A DNA stretch of 64,000 bases, from positions 899,188-963,187 of the forward strand of contig OZ241842.1 in assembly GCA_965202675.1 (NCBI GenBank), given 5' to 3'. Below the pieces are notes generated by a model. It saw nothing but the letters and a program-made list of their open reading frames with translations. It made no database searches and was not told where the DNA came from. Source of the DNA: Candidatus Spongiisociaceae bacterium. GTDB lineage: Bacteria > Actinomycetota > Acidimicrobiia > Spongiisociales > Spongiisociaceae. Shown piece by piece: positions 56,201-64,000 of the stretch (its first letter is position 1; every line of letters starts with the position of its first letter). The position numbers and the translations under genes are program-made.

Positions 56201-56952
56201 AACCGTCTTATAGAAGAGAAAGGAAAATGAATGGCCATAACCACCAATGTAATCACACGCACTTTCCGAATTAAATATGGAGTACAAACTGGAACTTGCT
56301 TTACCATTGATATTGATGAACGTCAATATATTGTAACGGCTAAACATATCGTAGCAGATATAAACCCCAACGACAATATTCAAATTCTACATGAAGGTAA
56401 ATGGAAGGAATTGACAACAAACATTGTTTGGATACCTAACTCAGATGAAGATATTGCGATTCTAGCTCCTGAAATTCGAATCTCACCTCCCTTTTTATTA
56501 ATTCCTAGCATGGAAAGGATGTATTTGGGTCAAGATTTGTATTTTTGTGGGTTTCCTTTCGGGTTGAACACTGAAGTCGGGACACTAAATCGTGATTTTC
56601 CTGTCCCTTTCATTAAGAAAGGAATCGTTTCAGCTGTTGAAACTAGAGAGAACTGTTCAGCCCGAATCTACATTGACGGCCATAATAATCCCGGATTTTC
56701 TGGAGGCCCTGTTATTTTTACTGATCCGAAAACGAATGAACTCAAAGTCGCAGGAGTTATTAGTGGCTACTACCCAAATTATGAACCAGTTCTTAAAAAC
56801 AATAATCGCACCGAATTAATGAGCATACAAAACACTGGTATAGTGATCGCATATGCTCTGGGAAGAGCAGTAACCTACATTGAAGAACACCCTACGGGTG
56901 TACCTGCAAAACCTAGCCTAGAGGATAGCGGATAGGTATTAACCGTCTTATA
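56201..56952 (+). mobile_element. AT-rich gene cassette bounded by 13-bp perfect direct repeats TAACCGTCTTATA
   Basis: Repeats at 56201-56213 and 56940-56952 enclose only the protease gene. GC is about 36%. Confidence 0.55.
56231..56935 (+). CDS. Trypsin-like (S1/chymotrypsin-fold) serine protease
   Basis: Catalytic-triad context TAKHIV (His), DEDIAIL (Asp) and GFSGGPV (Ser). Strong RBS aggaaaatga. Confidence 0.65.
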   Translation: MAITTNVITRTFRIKYGVQTGTCFTIDIDERQYIVTAKHIVADINPNDNIQILHEGKWKELTTNIVWIPNSDEDIAILAPEIRISPPFLLIPSMERMYLGQDLYFCGFPFGLNTEVGTLNRDFPVPFIKKGIVSAVETRENCSARIYIDGHNNPGFSGGPVIFTDPKTNELKVAGVISGYYPNYEPVLKNNNRTELMSIQNTGIVIAYALGRAVTYIEEHPTGVPAKPSLEDSG

Positions 56953-57110
56953 TACTCATGATGCACCACACAAAGGCGACTTTATTTAACCCGATATTCA
57001 GAAGCGGTTCCCTGAGGCACAGGGCGTAATATTCGTGTTTCACAAGGCACCCGGCTTGCCCGACTAGATTTCGGCAGACGGTATTCAGTAGTATGGTAAG
57101 GTGAGGCATC

Positions 57111-57374
57111 ATGACAGCAACATCCCGACAAGTCTTGCCGTGGACGAAGCACGGTTCAGAAGACTGCCCCTACGAGGACGAGAACGCTTGCGTCGACGCG
57201 TGGACCGTAGCTCATCGGGAGCAACTAGACCGATTCACTGAGAAAGTGCTCGCCGATCTGGCCGCCGAGTCGCCCGAAGATTATACGCTCAACAGCGAAG
57301 GACGAACGCCACGCCCGCCCGGTCTCCGGGCCGCGGGGTCGCGGCCGTTGAAGGCGGTACCGAGGGCTAACTGA
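57111..57374 (+). CDS. Hypothetical protein (87 aa)
   Basis: Good RBS (aaggtgagg). No homology call. Its C-terminus runs into the coxM-derived repeat. Confidence 0.3.
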   Translation: MTATSRQVLPWTKHGSEDCPYEDENACVDAWTVAHREQLDRFTEKVLADLAAESPEDYTLNSEGRTPRPPGLRAAGSRPLKAVPRAN

Positions 57375-57655
57375 GCAGCGGTGGCGAGGGCGGCTTTTAA
57401 CGGCCCGGGCGGTGTACACCTTGGCCAGGTGGGTCTTTGTACTCAACCGAGCCGTAGAGGTCCTCGAGCACCTTTATGCCGTCCACGGCGTGGGAGGCCG
57501 CGGCTGATACGGCGGTGTCGGAGCCGTCCGTGCCTACCAGGGCGGCGACCGCCGCATCGGCCCGCGGTCGGGCGGTTGCCCACTCCGGTTACGGCCGTGG
57601 CGGCGCTGATATACCCGTTGGACCTGGTTATTGAGGCGGCTACCCCGGCCGCGGC
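57338..57655 (-). repeat. Degenerate copy of the coxM 3' end (attL/attR-like direct repeat, copy A)
   Basis: About 92% identical to 61870-62188, with indels that break the coxM frame (the fragment translates as …THLAKVYTARAVK…). Confidence 0.8.
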
Positions 57656-57797
57656 AGGTGAGCCGCTTGGTACGGACCCTCCACCTCTAACACGCCGTTT
57701 CAAGGCTCATGCCAAGCCTCGATTCCACGATCAAGTACCGAAGATTATGCGAGGAGAGATCCTAGTGAGGCACATGACTGCCTACTATTCCTCAAAA

Positions 57798-58925
57798 CTA
57801 TAAGGGGTACATAGTAGCCACGATTTCTCTTACAACGAGGTGAGAAATTCGATTGCGCCCGTTACCACCCATAGTACTGAACCTACTTGAAGGAACCGTA
57901 TGCTCCCGTACTCGATACCATTGCTGAGCTAGATTGACCAGTTTTTCTCCGTTCATTCCATTAGAAGCTGTTCCAGAGGGAAAGGTGAGAACTACACGGC
58001 AACCGTTTTGGGATAAAGTATAAAGTAGTTCCTTCATTACCTTCAGAGCTTGAGATTTAATACTGTAGGCTGAACTAGGTCTTTCCGAAATGGGAGGGTA
58101 TCGCCCGACTCCTGACACAGATCCGCACTTACCCCGAGCTAATGTTTCTAGTACATGATAGAATCGACTGTAATGGACTGATGAATAAGGCGGATCAACA
58201 AACACGACGTCGTCTTCGTTAAGCGTACGAGCTAGTACGTTAGCGTCCGCCATATCCGCTGTACCTTTCTGCAGAGCATGTCGACTAGCAAGATCAGGAA
58301 GCTTATCCATGATGTAAGAAATAGGGTCGATCCGCCAACTATCTGCTATATGTGGTAAAGCCGAACGAGTTGGCTGGAATGGCTGAGCTGTATGCCCGGG
58401 AGAAGCAGCACAACGAGATGCGGCTAAGATAATCAGAGCCTGACAAAAACGCTTAAGCTGAGAACTATGCCGTGGCAAATTTTCAAGGAGCGAATCAAAA
58501 ACCATAGCTTGCCGTGGTGAAAAATAATGACCGCCATATGCCGTCCAAATCAAACCACCAGTTTGAGAACTACACAACCCTCTTGCTTCTAACACAGTTT
58601 CTATTTTTTCAACATCCTCTACCGAAAGGGACTGGAAAAGGGGACTACGTGCAAGAGCAAGTTTGACTGGGTTTAGCCAGCCTTCTACAACACGAGACTG
58701 ATCAAGAGGCCTATCACGCTCAATTACAGCTCCAGCTAGAACAACAGCATAGCGCTGTAAATCAGCGGCCAAAACCGATAAGCCGCGCGCCTGTGCCACA
58801 TACCAGGATACTCGCCCTGTTCCCGAAAATAAGTCTACGAACCTCTTCGCTGTGTCAGCCTCGGCTAGCACTATTTCACCCAGCCCATTCTCAAGCATTG
58901 CCAACTTGGACCCCATATACTTCAT
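57798..58925 (-). CDS. D12-class (Dam-like) N6-adenine DNA methyltransferase
   Basis: N-terminal KYMGSK (AdoMet motif I-like) and catalytic VFVDPPYSSVHY. 375 aa, GC about 45%. Confidence 0.7.
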   Translation of the reverse strand: MKYMGSKLAMLENGLGEIVLAEADTAKRFVDLFSGTGRVSWYVAQARGLSVLAADLQRYAVVLAGAVIERDRPLDQSRVVEGWLNPVKLALARSPLFQSLSVEDVEKIETVLEARGLCSSQTGGLIWTAYGGHYFSPRQAMVFDSLLENLPRHSSQLKRFCQALIILAASRCAASPGHTAQPFQPTRSALPHIADSWRIDPISYIMDKLPDLASRHALQKGTADMADANVLARTLNEDDVVFVDPPYSSVHYSRFYHVLETLARGKCGSVSGVGRYPPISERPSSAYSIKSQALKVMKELLYTLSQNGCRVVLTFPSGTASNGMNGEKLVNLAQQWYRVREHTVPSSRFSTMGGNGRNRISHLVVREIVATMYPL

Positions 58926-60262
58926 GATACTAGCCCCATAATAGCGAACCTTCCTAGATTCGTCGTCTCGTGGAGAGAGCGTGCACAGTTGACAAAAAAT
59001 CCTTGGATAGACTGATCATCAGAATCAATCCATTCTTCAATATCTTCTAATGCGCTAGCTACATCCGCCCACAGATCTGTAATATTTTCAGGTCTATTAA
59101 TATCTTTCCATAGTCCTATTTCCCACCCTCTTATACTCCACCAAAATTCTAACGTCTGAAAGTCTATGTTTGTAGCTCTCATAAAATCACTTGCTGCTCC
59201 GGTAGCTATATGAAGCAGAAAAAAGGCACGACTTAATAGTGGACGAGGATCACCATAATAATCACCTCTACCTGATGATAATCTAATAAGTTTTGGTACC
59301 TTTTGATCTAAAATTTTACCTAAAATAAACCGTTCTACTTCTTTGTATAAGTAACCATCTTCAAGGACGGCTGTAAGCATAGTGTCCACTTGTCTTTTCA
59401 ATTCGTCAGGGTGATCTTGTAACGTAGGCATAGAATTAAAAATATTCTCTACTGTCTGACACAAAAAGTATAGATCCAAGATATCAATACCTCCCTGTGT
59501 AGTAGAGGGCTCAAGTTTACGAACTATATCAGAAACATATTTGATAGGTTTCATAAAATTTCGATTTCTGTAACTAGAAATATAAAGAGGTCCATAGCTA
59601 GCGGCATTTCTTAAGAATCGATCATTAGTCATCCGCTTTAGATCAACACCAAAGTCGTACAACATCTTCGAGGCATTGATAAGGGCCGGGCCTTCTTCCC
59701 CTACACATGGCATTTCGTTAATCCACATCGTCAAAGGTATCGAGCGAGGACGAACTATTCGACCTAATAGAACACCAGCATCTCTTGATTTCAGCCAATG
59801 TTCTAAATATAACCAGATCGCATGATGAGTTGATCGTCGTTTATCAGATATTAAATGAGCATTGCCTGCTACGTCTATTATGCAATGATGTTGATCAAAT
59901 ACACCAATACCTTGACTTGCCAAAAGCGACATAGTTGCGCGCATCTCTGCGTAATAACCTAGATGAATCGCTATTGGCTCTCCGCGTACCTGGGCATAAA
60001 GAGCTTGTCCTAGGTACTCCCAACTATCAATGAGATGAAAGAGTATTGATACAGCTATGTATTCTCTTAGATCATGTGAATTCAGGTTGCCCTTTTTATC
60101 TTCCTTCTTAATACTTTTTACAAGGTTATTATAGTAGGTATTGTTCCTATTAAGCCAACGGTCATTGCCAAAATTGTTAAGCAAAGATGGCGCGGATTTT
60201 TGAATACCATCTGGCGAAGCCAAGTTTAAATATTCCTTTTCTTGTGAACTCAATTTATACAT
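58922..60262 (-). CDS. Hypothetical protein, 446 aa, no recognisable motifs
   Basis: Overlaps the neighbouring genes by 4 bp upstream and 8 bp downstream, consistent with an operon. Low GC. Confidence 0.6.
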   Translation of the reverse strand: MYKLSSQEKEYLNLASPDGIQKSAPSLLNNFGNDRWLNRNNTYYNNLVKSIKKEDKKGNLNSHDLREYIAVSILFHLIDSWEYLGQALYAQVRGEPIAIHLGYYAEMRATMSLLASQGIGVFDQHHCIIDVAGNAHLISDKRRSTHHAIWLYLEHWLKSRDAGVLLGRIVRPRSIPLTMWINEMPCVGEEGPALINASKMLYDFGVDLKRMTNDRFLRNAASYGPLYISSYRNRNFMKPIKYVSDIVRKLEPSTTQGGIDILDLYFLCQTVENIFNSMPTLQDHPDELKRQVDTMLTAVLEDGYLYKEVERFILGKILDQKVPKLIRLSSGRGDYYGDPRPLLSRAFFLLHIATGAASDFMRATNIDFQTLEFWWSIRGWEIGLWKDINRPENITDLWADVASALEDIEEWIDSDDQSIQGFFVNCARSLHETTNLGRFAIMGLVS

Positions 60263-61754
60263 TATAATTCAGTTTCTGAGCAACATCTTGTGCTATTACC
60301 GCTAATCTGCTCTCGGAATTGCTCAAATAACGGAGAAGATCCTCTCGAAGTTCTTTATATCCTGTACCACCTCGAAACCGTGCCTTAGCCTGGCGTTGCT
60401 GTTCGGATAAACCAGTAGCCTTTGACGAACGCCAATCGTATCCGGTAAGACCCTTAGCTATATCACCAACATACTCACCAACTGGTTGTTCTTCTAGGGA
60501 TACCAAGGCACTGGATACATCCTCCTCAGAAGTAGCGGAGCCTGGATCGCAAATCCAACTGCGAAGCTCTTGTTCGTCGGCCTGAATAAAGCATAGGTCG
60601 TTCAAAGTGTAAAGAAACCCGCGCACTCCCATATCCGAGTTGAGCATAGTTTCCTCACCTTCAAAAGCTGGATCAGGTGAAATATAATTGTCCTTTCGCA
60701 AATTTCTTATCCAGTCATATTCGGATTTAGCTATTTCTTCTTTTAATTTATTCCATGCATATATTAGAAAGGCTGCTTGTTGTGATCGAGACCATGGAAG
60801 CACTGTTTTGTTCTCTCCTACTGGTGCTCCAAATAAGCCACCTACTTGAACGCGCGGGCCTTCCCAACTCTTAACAAAAGTTGTCTGGAGATTACGAACC
60901 CAGGAATTTTGGGTCACCATTTTTCTTTGCTGACCTAACATATCTATACGTTGATGCCATGGGCTCTTAGGATGAGCCCAGAGAGCTTCGGTAAGCTCCT
61001 GCGACCGAGTAGCCTTATATATAGTGTCATCAAAACGTTCCAGCCAATCCTCTGTCCTAAGGAGCGGATACAGATCAAAAGCAAGACTCGAATTAATCCG
61101 CTTTGGTTTTATATTGATAGTATAGAAAAGATAAGCTTGCCAACTCCGATCCAATCCATAGAAGGCAACAACAGGTAACTCATATCCAGTAAGCTGATCA
61201 GCGCTCTCTTCAAAGGCCCACAACCTGTGCTGACCATCAATAACCTCAAGCGGAGGTAATGTTTCGGATAACTCCCAATTTGAATCGCCTGATTCTGGCA
61301 ATTCAACAAGTGCAGAGCCGTTTTCTTTAAGTTCTACATTTATCTGATCGTCTAGATGAACGGAGCGACCACGATGATCAGTATCTCCAGGCGACAAGAT
61401 ATTGACAATCACTGCCGTCGGTAGCCAACCCGGTTTCATGAGATCAGTATAATTCGAGCTTTCTCTTTTTGTTTGGCTCAGGCCAGACCATGGGAACCCG
61501 TGTTGTATATAATTAGCAATCTCCTCGGATCGCTTTACTTCGTGACCTCTCTGTATCCCAAGATCAAGTGCCCGAGCACCGGTTGTGGAACGGCGTTGTA
61601 TGCCGGTGAGACGGCGCAACTCAGAAGCATCAAGCGAAAAGAGTAGGAACCAAGGTTTCGGCTTCCGCCGAAACTGTTCGTCGTCAAATTTCACCCTATC
61701 CCATTCACTGAGCCACTGATTCACGATCAGAGCAGGGATTTTCTTTTTTGGCAT
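60255..61754 (-). CDS. DGQHR-domain protein (DndB-like)
   Basis: …PLEVIDGQHRLWAFEE… signature motif. 499 aa, first gene of the three-gene operon, with an RBS aggag upstream. Confidence 0.75.
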   Translation of the reverse strand: MPKKKIPALIVNQWLSEWDRVKFDDEQFRRKPKPWFLLFSLDASELRRLTGIQRRSTTGARALDLGIQRGHEVKRSEEIANYIQHGFPWSGLSQTKRESSNYTDLMKPGWLPTAVIVNILSPGDTDHRGRSVHLDDQINVELKENGSALVELPESGDSNWELSETLPPLEVIDGQHRLWAFEESADQLTGYELPVVAFYGLDRSWQAYLFYTINIKPKRINSSLAFDLYPLLRTEDWLERFDDTIYKATRSQELTEALWAHPKSPWHQRIDMLGQQRKMVTQNSWVRNLQTTFVKSWEGPRVQVGGLFGAPVGENKTVLPWSRSQQAAFLIYAWNKLKEEIAKSEYDWIRNLRKDNYISPDPAFEGEETMLNSDMGVRGFLYTLNDLCFIQADEQELRSWICDPGSATSEEDVSSALVSLEEQPVGEYVGDIAKGLTGYDWRSSKATGLSEQQRQAKARFRGGTGYKELREDLLRYLSNSESRLAVIAQDVAQKLNYNV

Positions 61755-61869
61755 GTAACTCCTGATTCTTCACGTTGATTGAATCTGAGGCCGAACCCTC
61801 CAGCTTTTGCGACCTGGGGTATTCATTCTGGCCACATTAACAGTCCTCCACCCGCCTGGATGGGTTGCA

Positions 61870-62188
61870 GGCGGCGGTCAAGGCGGTACCGGGGGCTAAC
61901 CGGCGGCGGCGAGGGCGGCTTTGACGGCCCTGGCGGTGTACACCTTGGCCAGGTGGGTCTTGTACTCGACCGAGCCATAGAGGTCCTCGAGCACTTCTAT
62001 GCCGTCCACGGCGTGGGAGGCCGCGGCTTGTACGGCGGCGTCGGAGCCGTCCGTGCCTACCAGGGCGGCGGCCGCCGCGTCGGCGCGCGTCGGGCGGTTG
62101 CCCACTCCGGTTACGGCCACCGTGGCGGCGCTGATATACCCGTTGGACCTGGTTACCGAGGCGGCTACCCCGGCCACGGCGTAGTCGG
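61870..62188 (-). repeat. coxM 3'-end repeat, copy B (part of intact coxM)
   Basis: Direct-repeat partner of 57338-57655. Confidence 0.8.
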
Positions 62189-62762
62189 AATGGCCTCCCC
62201 GGCGGCCCAGCTTGTCGTAGGCCGAACCGGTTCCGGGGCCTGCCTTCGGGATGCGCATCTCGGTGAGGATCTCGTTGGGTTCCAGCGCCGAGGTCATCGT
62301 GTCGACGAAGAAGTCGGCGGCGGCGATCTCCCTCGTCCCGCCGGACGAGGCCGCCACCATCACCGCCCCGAGCGCCAGCGCCGCCACCGGCTGGTCGGCG
62401 GCCAGGTCGGCGTGGACCATCGACCCGCAGCAGGTGCCGCGGTTGCGCACCTGGCGGTCGCCCGTCCAGGAGGCGGCGGCGGCCAGCGCTGAGGCGCGCT
62501 CTTGGATCAGGCTGCTGGAGGCCACCTCGGCGTGGCGCACCAGGGCGCCGATCGAGATGTGGCCGCCGTTGTCGGCAATGCGGTCCAGCCCGCCGATCCG
62601 GCCGATGTCGACCACCATCGGCGGCGACAACAGGCGCATCTTCATCAGCGGGAGCAGGCTCATGCCGCCGGCCAGCACCTTGGCGCCGGGGTTGGCGTCG
62701 AGGGCGGCCAGCGCCTCGCCCAGGCTCTCCGGAGCGGCGTAGTCGAACTGTCGTGGATACAT
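61896..62762 (-). CDS. coxM: Molybdo-flavoprotein FAD-binding (medium) subunit, CoxM/XdhB-like
   Basis: MYPRQFDYAAPESLGEALAAL…AGGMSLLPLMK… is the FAD-binding PCMH-type domain. Confidence 0.85.
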   Translation of the reverse strand: MYPRQFDYAAPESLGEALAALDANPGAKVLAGGMSLLPLMKMRLLSPPMVVDIGRIGGLDRIADNGGHISIGALVRHAEVASSSLIQERASALAAAASWTGDRQVRNRGTCCGSMVHADLAADQPVAALALGAVMVAASSGGTREIAAADFFVDTMTSALEPNEILTEMRIPKAGPGTGSAYDKLGRRGGHSDYAVAGVAASVTRSNGYISAATVAVTGVGNRPTRADAAAAALVGTDGSDAAVQAAASHAVDGIEVLEDLYGSVEYKTHLAKVYTARAVKAALAAAG

Positions 62763-62774
62763 GGTTTCTCCTCC

Positions 62775-64000
62775 CTACGCCTTGGCGTCCTGGATGGCCT
62801 GCCAGACCCGTCTGGGCCGGAGCGGCATGTCGATGTGGGTCACGCCGAGCGGTTCGAGCGCGTCGACCACCGCGTTGACCACCGTCTGGGCGGCGCCGAT
62901 GGTGCCCGCCTCGCCGATGCCCTTCACGCCGAGCGGGTTTACATCGGTGGGCGTAACCGTGCGCTCCAGCTCGAAGGACGGCAGGTCGGCGGCGGTGGGC
63001 AGGATGTAGTCCACCAGGGAGGCGGACAGCAGGTTCCCGTCCCCGTCGTACACCGCGTCCTCGAACATGGCCTGGCCGACCCCCTGGGCGATGCCCCCGT
63101 GGATCTGGCCGTCCACGATCATCGGGCTGATCACGTTGCCGCAGTCGTCCATGCCGATGTACCGCAGGAGCCGCACGTCCCCGGTGTCGGGGTCAACCTC
63201 GACCATGGCGATGTGGGCGCCGAACGGCCAGGTGGCGTTGCCGGGGCTGAAGACGGCGTGCGCCTCCAGGCCGCCCTCCAGGCCCTCGGGGAGCAGGTGC
63301 GGCTGGTAGGCGGTCTTGGAGATGTCCTCCCAGCTCACGGAGCTGTCGGGGGTGCCGACCACATGGGCCCCGCCGCCGCCGAACTCGATGTCCTCCTCGG
63401 ATGCCTCGAGCAGGTGGGCGGCGATCCGGGCGGCCTTGGCCCTTACCTTGGCGGTCGCCTCGTAGCAGGCGGCCCCGTCGACCGCCGCCGAGCGGGACCC
63501 GAAGGTGCCGACGCTGGGCGGCGCCTCCTCGGTGTCGCCGTGGATGACGCGGATGCGCTCCACGTCCATGCCGAGGCCGTCGCCCACTATCTGCGCCCAG
63601 GTGGTCTGGTGGCCCTGGCCGGACGGCCCGGTGCCGATGGACACGGTGGCCGACCCGTCGGGGTGGATGCGCACCAGGCTGGAGCCGTTGAAGGCCGACG
63701 GCATCTGGTACTCGGCCCACGAGAATCCGAGGTCCACCAGCGGAGAGGGGCCGAAGCCGCACACCTCCACGTAGGTGGCCAGGCCGACCCCTACGCAGCG
63801 CCCCTCGGCGCGGGCGGCGTCCCGCTCGGCCAGCAGGCCCGTCCAGCCGGCCGACTCCAGGGCGGCGTCGAGGTTCGACTCGTAGTCGCCGGTGTCCATG
63901 GGGAACCCCATGGGCGACACCGCCCCCGGGAAGTCGGAGGCGGGGATGTAGTTGCGCCGGCGCACCTCGGCCGGGTCCATCCCTATCTCCCTGGCGTACA
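62775..64000 (-). CDS. coxL: Molybdopterin-binding large subunit, CoxL/XdhA-like, C-terminal part (N-terminus beyond window end)
   Basis: …GMDDCGNVISPMIVDGQIHGGIAQGVGQA… matches the aldehyde-oxidase/xanthine-dehydrogenase molybdopterin-binding C-terminal domain. Confidence 0.8.
   Translation of the reverse strand, partial: YAREIGMDPAEVRRRNYIPASDFPGAVSPMGFPMDTGDYESNLDAALESAGWTGLLAERDAARAEGRCVGVGLATYVEVCGFGPSPLVDLGFSWAEYQMPSAFNGSSLVRIHPDGSATVSIGTGPSGQGHQTTWAQIVGDGLGMDVERIRVIHGDTEEAPPSVGTFGSRSAAVDGAACYEATAKVRAKAARIAAHLLEASEEDIEFGGGGAHVVGTPDSSVSWEDISKTAYQPHLLPEGLEGGLEAHAVFSPGNATWPFGAHIAMVEVDPDTGDVRLLRYIGMDDCGNVISPMIVDGQIHGGIAQGVGQAMFEDAVYDGDGNLLSASLVDYILPTAADLPSFELERTVTPTDVNPLGVKGIGEAGTIGAAQTVVNAVVDALEPLGVTHIDMPLRPRRVWQAIQDAKA

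Overview
High-GC (about 65-70%) actinobacterial-type chromosomal window. The backbone is housekeeping: a partial plsY, fmdB, a mobA-like gene, uppP, mrp/apbC, acnA, hupB, mdh, icd, folD, purH, sucDC, tal, the complete F1Fo ATP synthase operon (atpI-like, atpBEFHAGDC), glyA, tsaC, prmC, and coxM/coxL at the right edge. Accessory material is interspersed. (i) A roughly 977-aa Type IIL/IIG restriction-modification fusion enzyme sits in a lower-GC patch next to a DUF4143 AAA ATPase. (ii) An IS481-family IS abuts the acnA stop. (iii) An IS1380-family IS carries a multiply frameshifted transposase, with a solo left-end copy fused in frame onto a Fic gene that also has an in-frame TGA at a conserved Trp. 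(iv) A toxin-antitoxin cluster at 42.3-45.5 kb holds an RHH antitoxin, Phd plus a frameshifted VapC, an AbrB/MazE-like antitoxin plus VapC, and a second DUF4143 ATPase. (v) A four-gene DUF499 / DUF3780 / DUF1156 N6-methyltransferase / PLD-SNF2 helicase defence cassette occupies 46.2-56.0 kb; its DUF499 ATPase gene is interrupted exactly at a 12-nt poly-C tract (candidate phase-variation switch) and it lies downstream of a near-consensus promoter and a long repeat-containing leader. (vi) An AT-rich horizontally acquired island spans 56.0-61.9 kb. It carries a trypsin-like serine protease cassette flanked by 13-bp perfect direct repeats and an overlapping three-gene minus-strand operon: a DGQHR (DndB-like) protein, a 446-aa protein with no recognisable motifs, and a D12/Dam-class N6-adenine methyltransferase. 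This part of the island is bracketed by about 318-bp diverged direct repeats of the coxM 3' end. I regard the triad as the best candidate for an undescribed modification-linked defence module. Also present: a family of about 250-330 bp interspersed intergenic repeats with a conserved GC hairpin (5 full copies plus 1 partial), a GT-rich low-complexity block, a tandem duplication of a DUF1640 gene, and an SLH plus RCC1-like repeat protein encoded by about 9 tandem 102-bp repeats. No tRNA, rRNA or CRISPR array was found. Many long ORFs in the six-frame track are antisense or out-of-frame artefacts of high GC.
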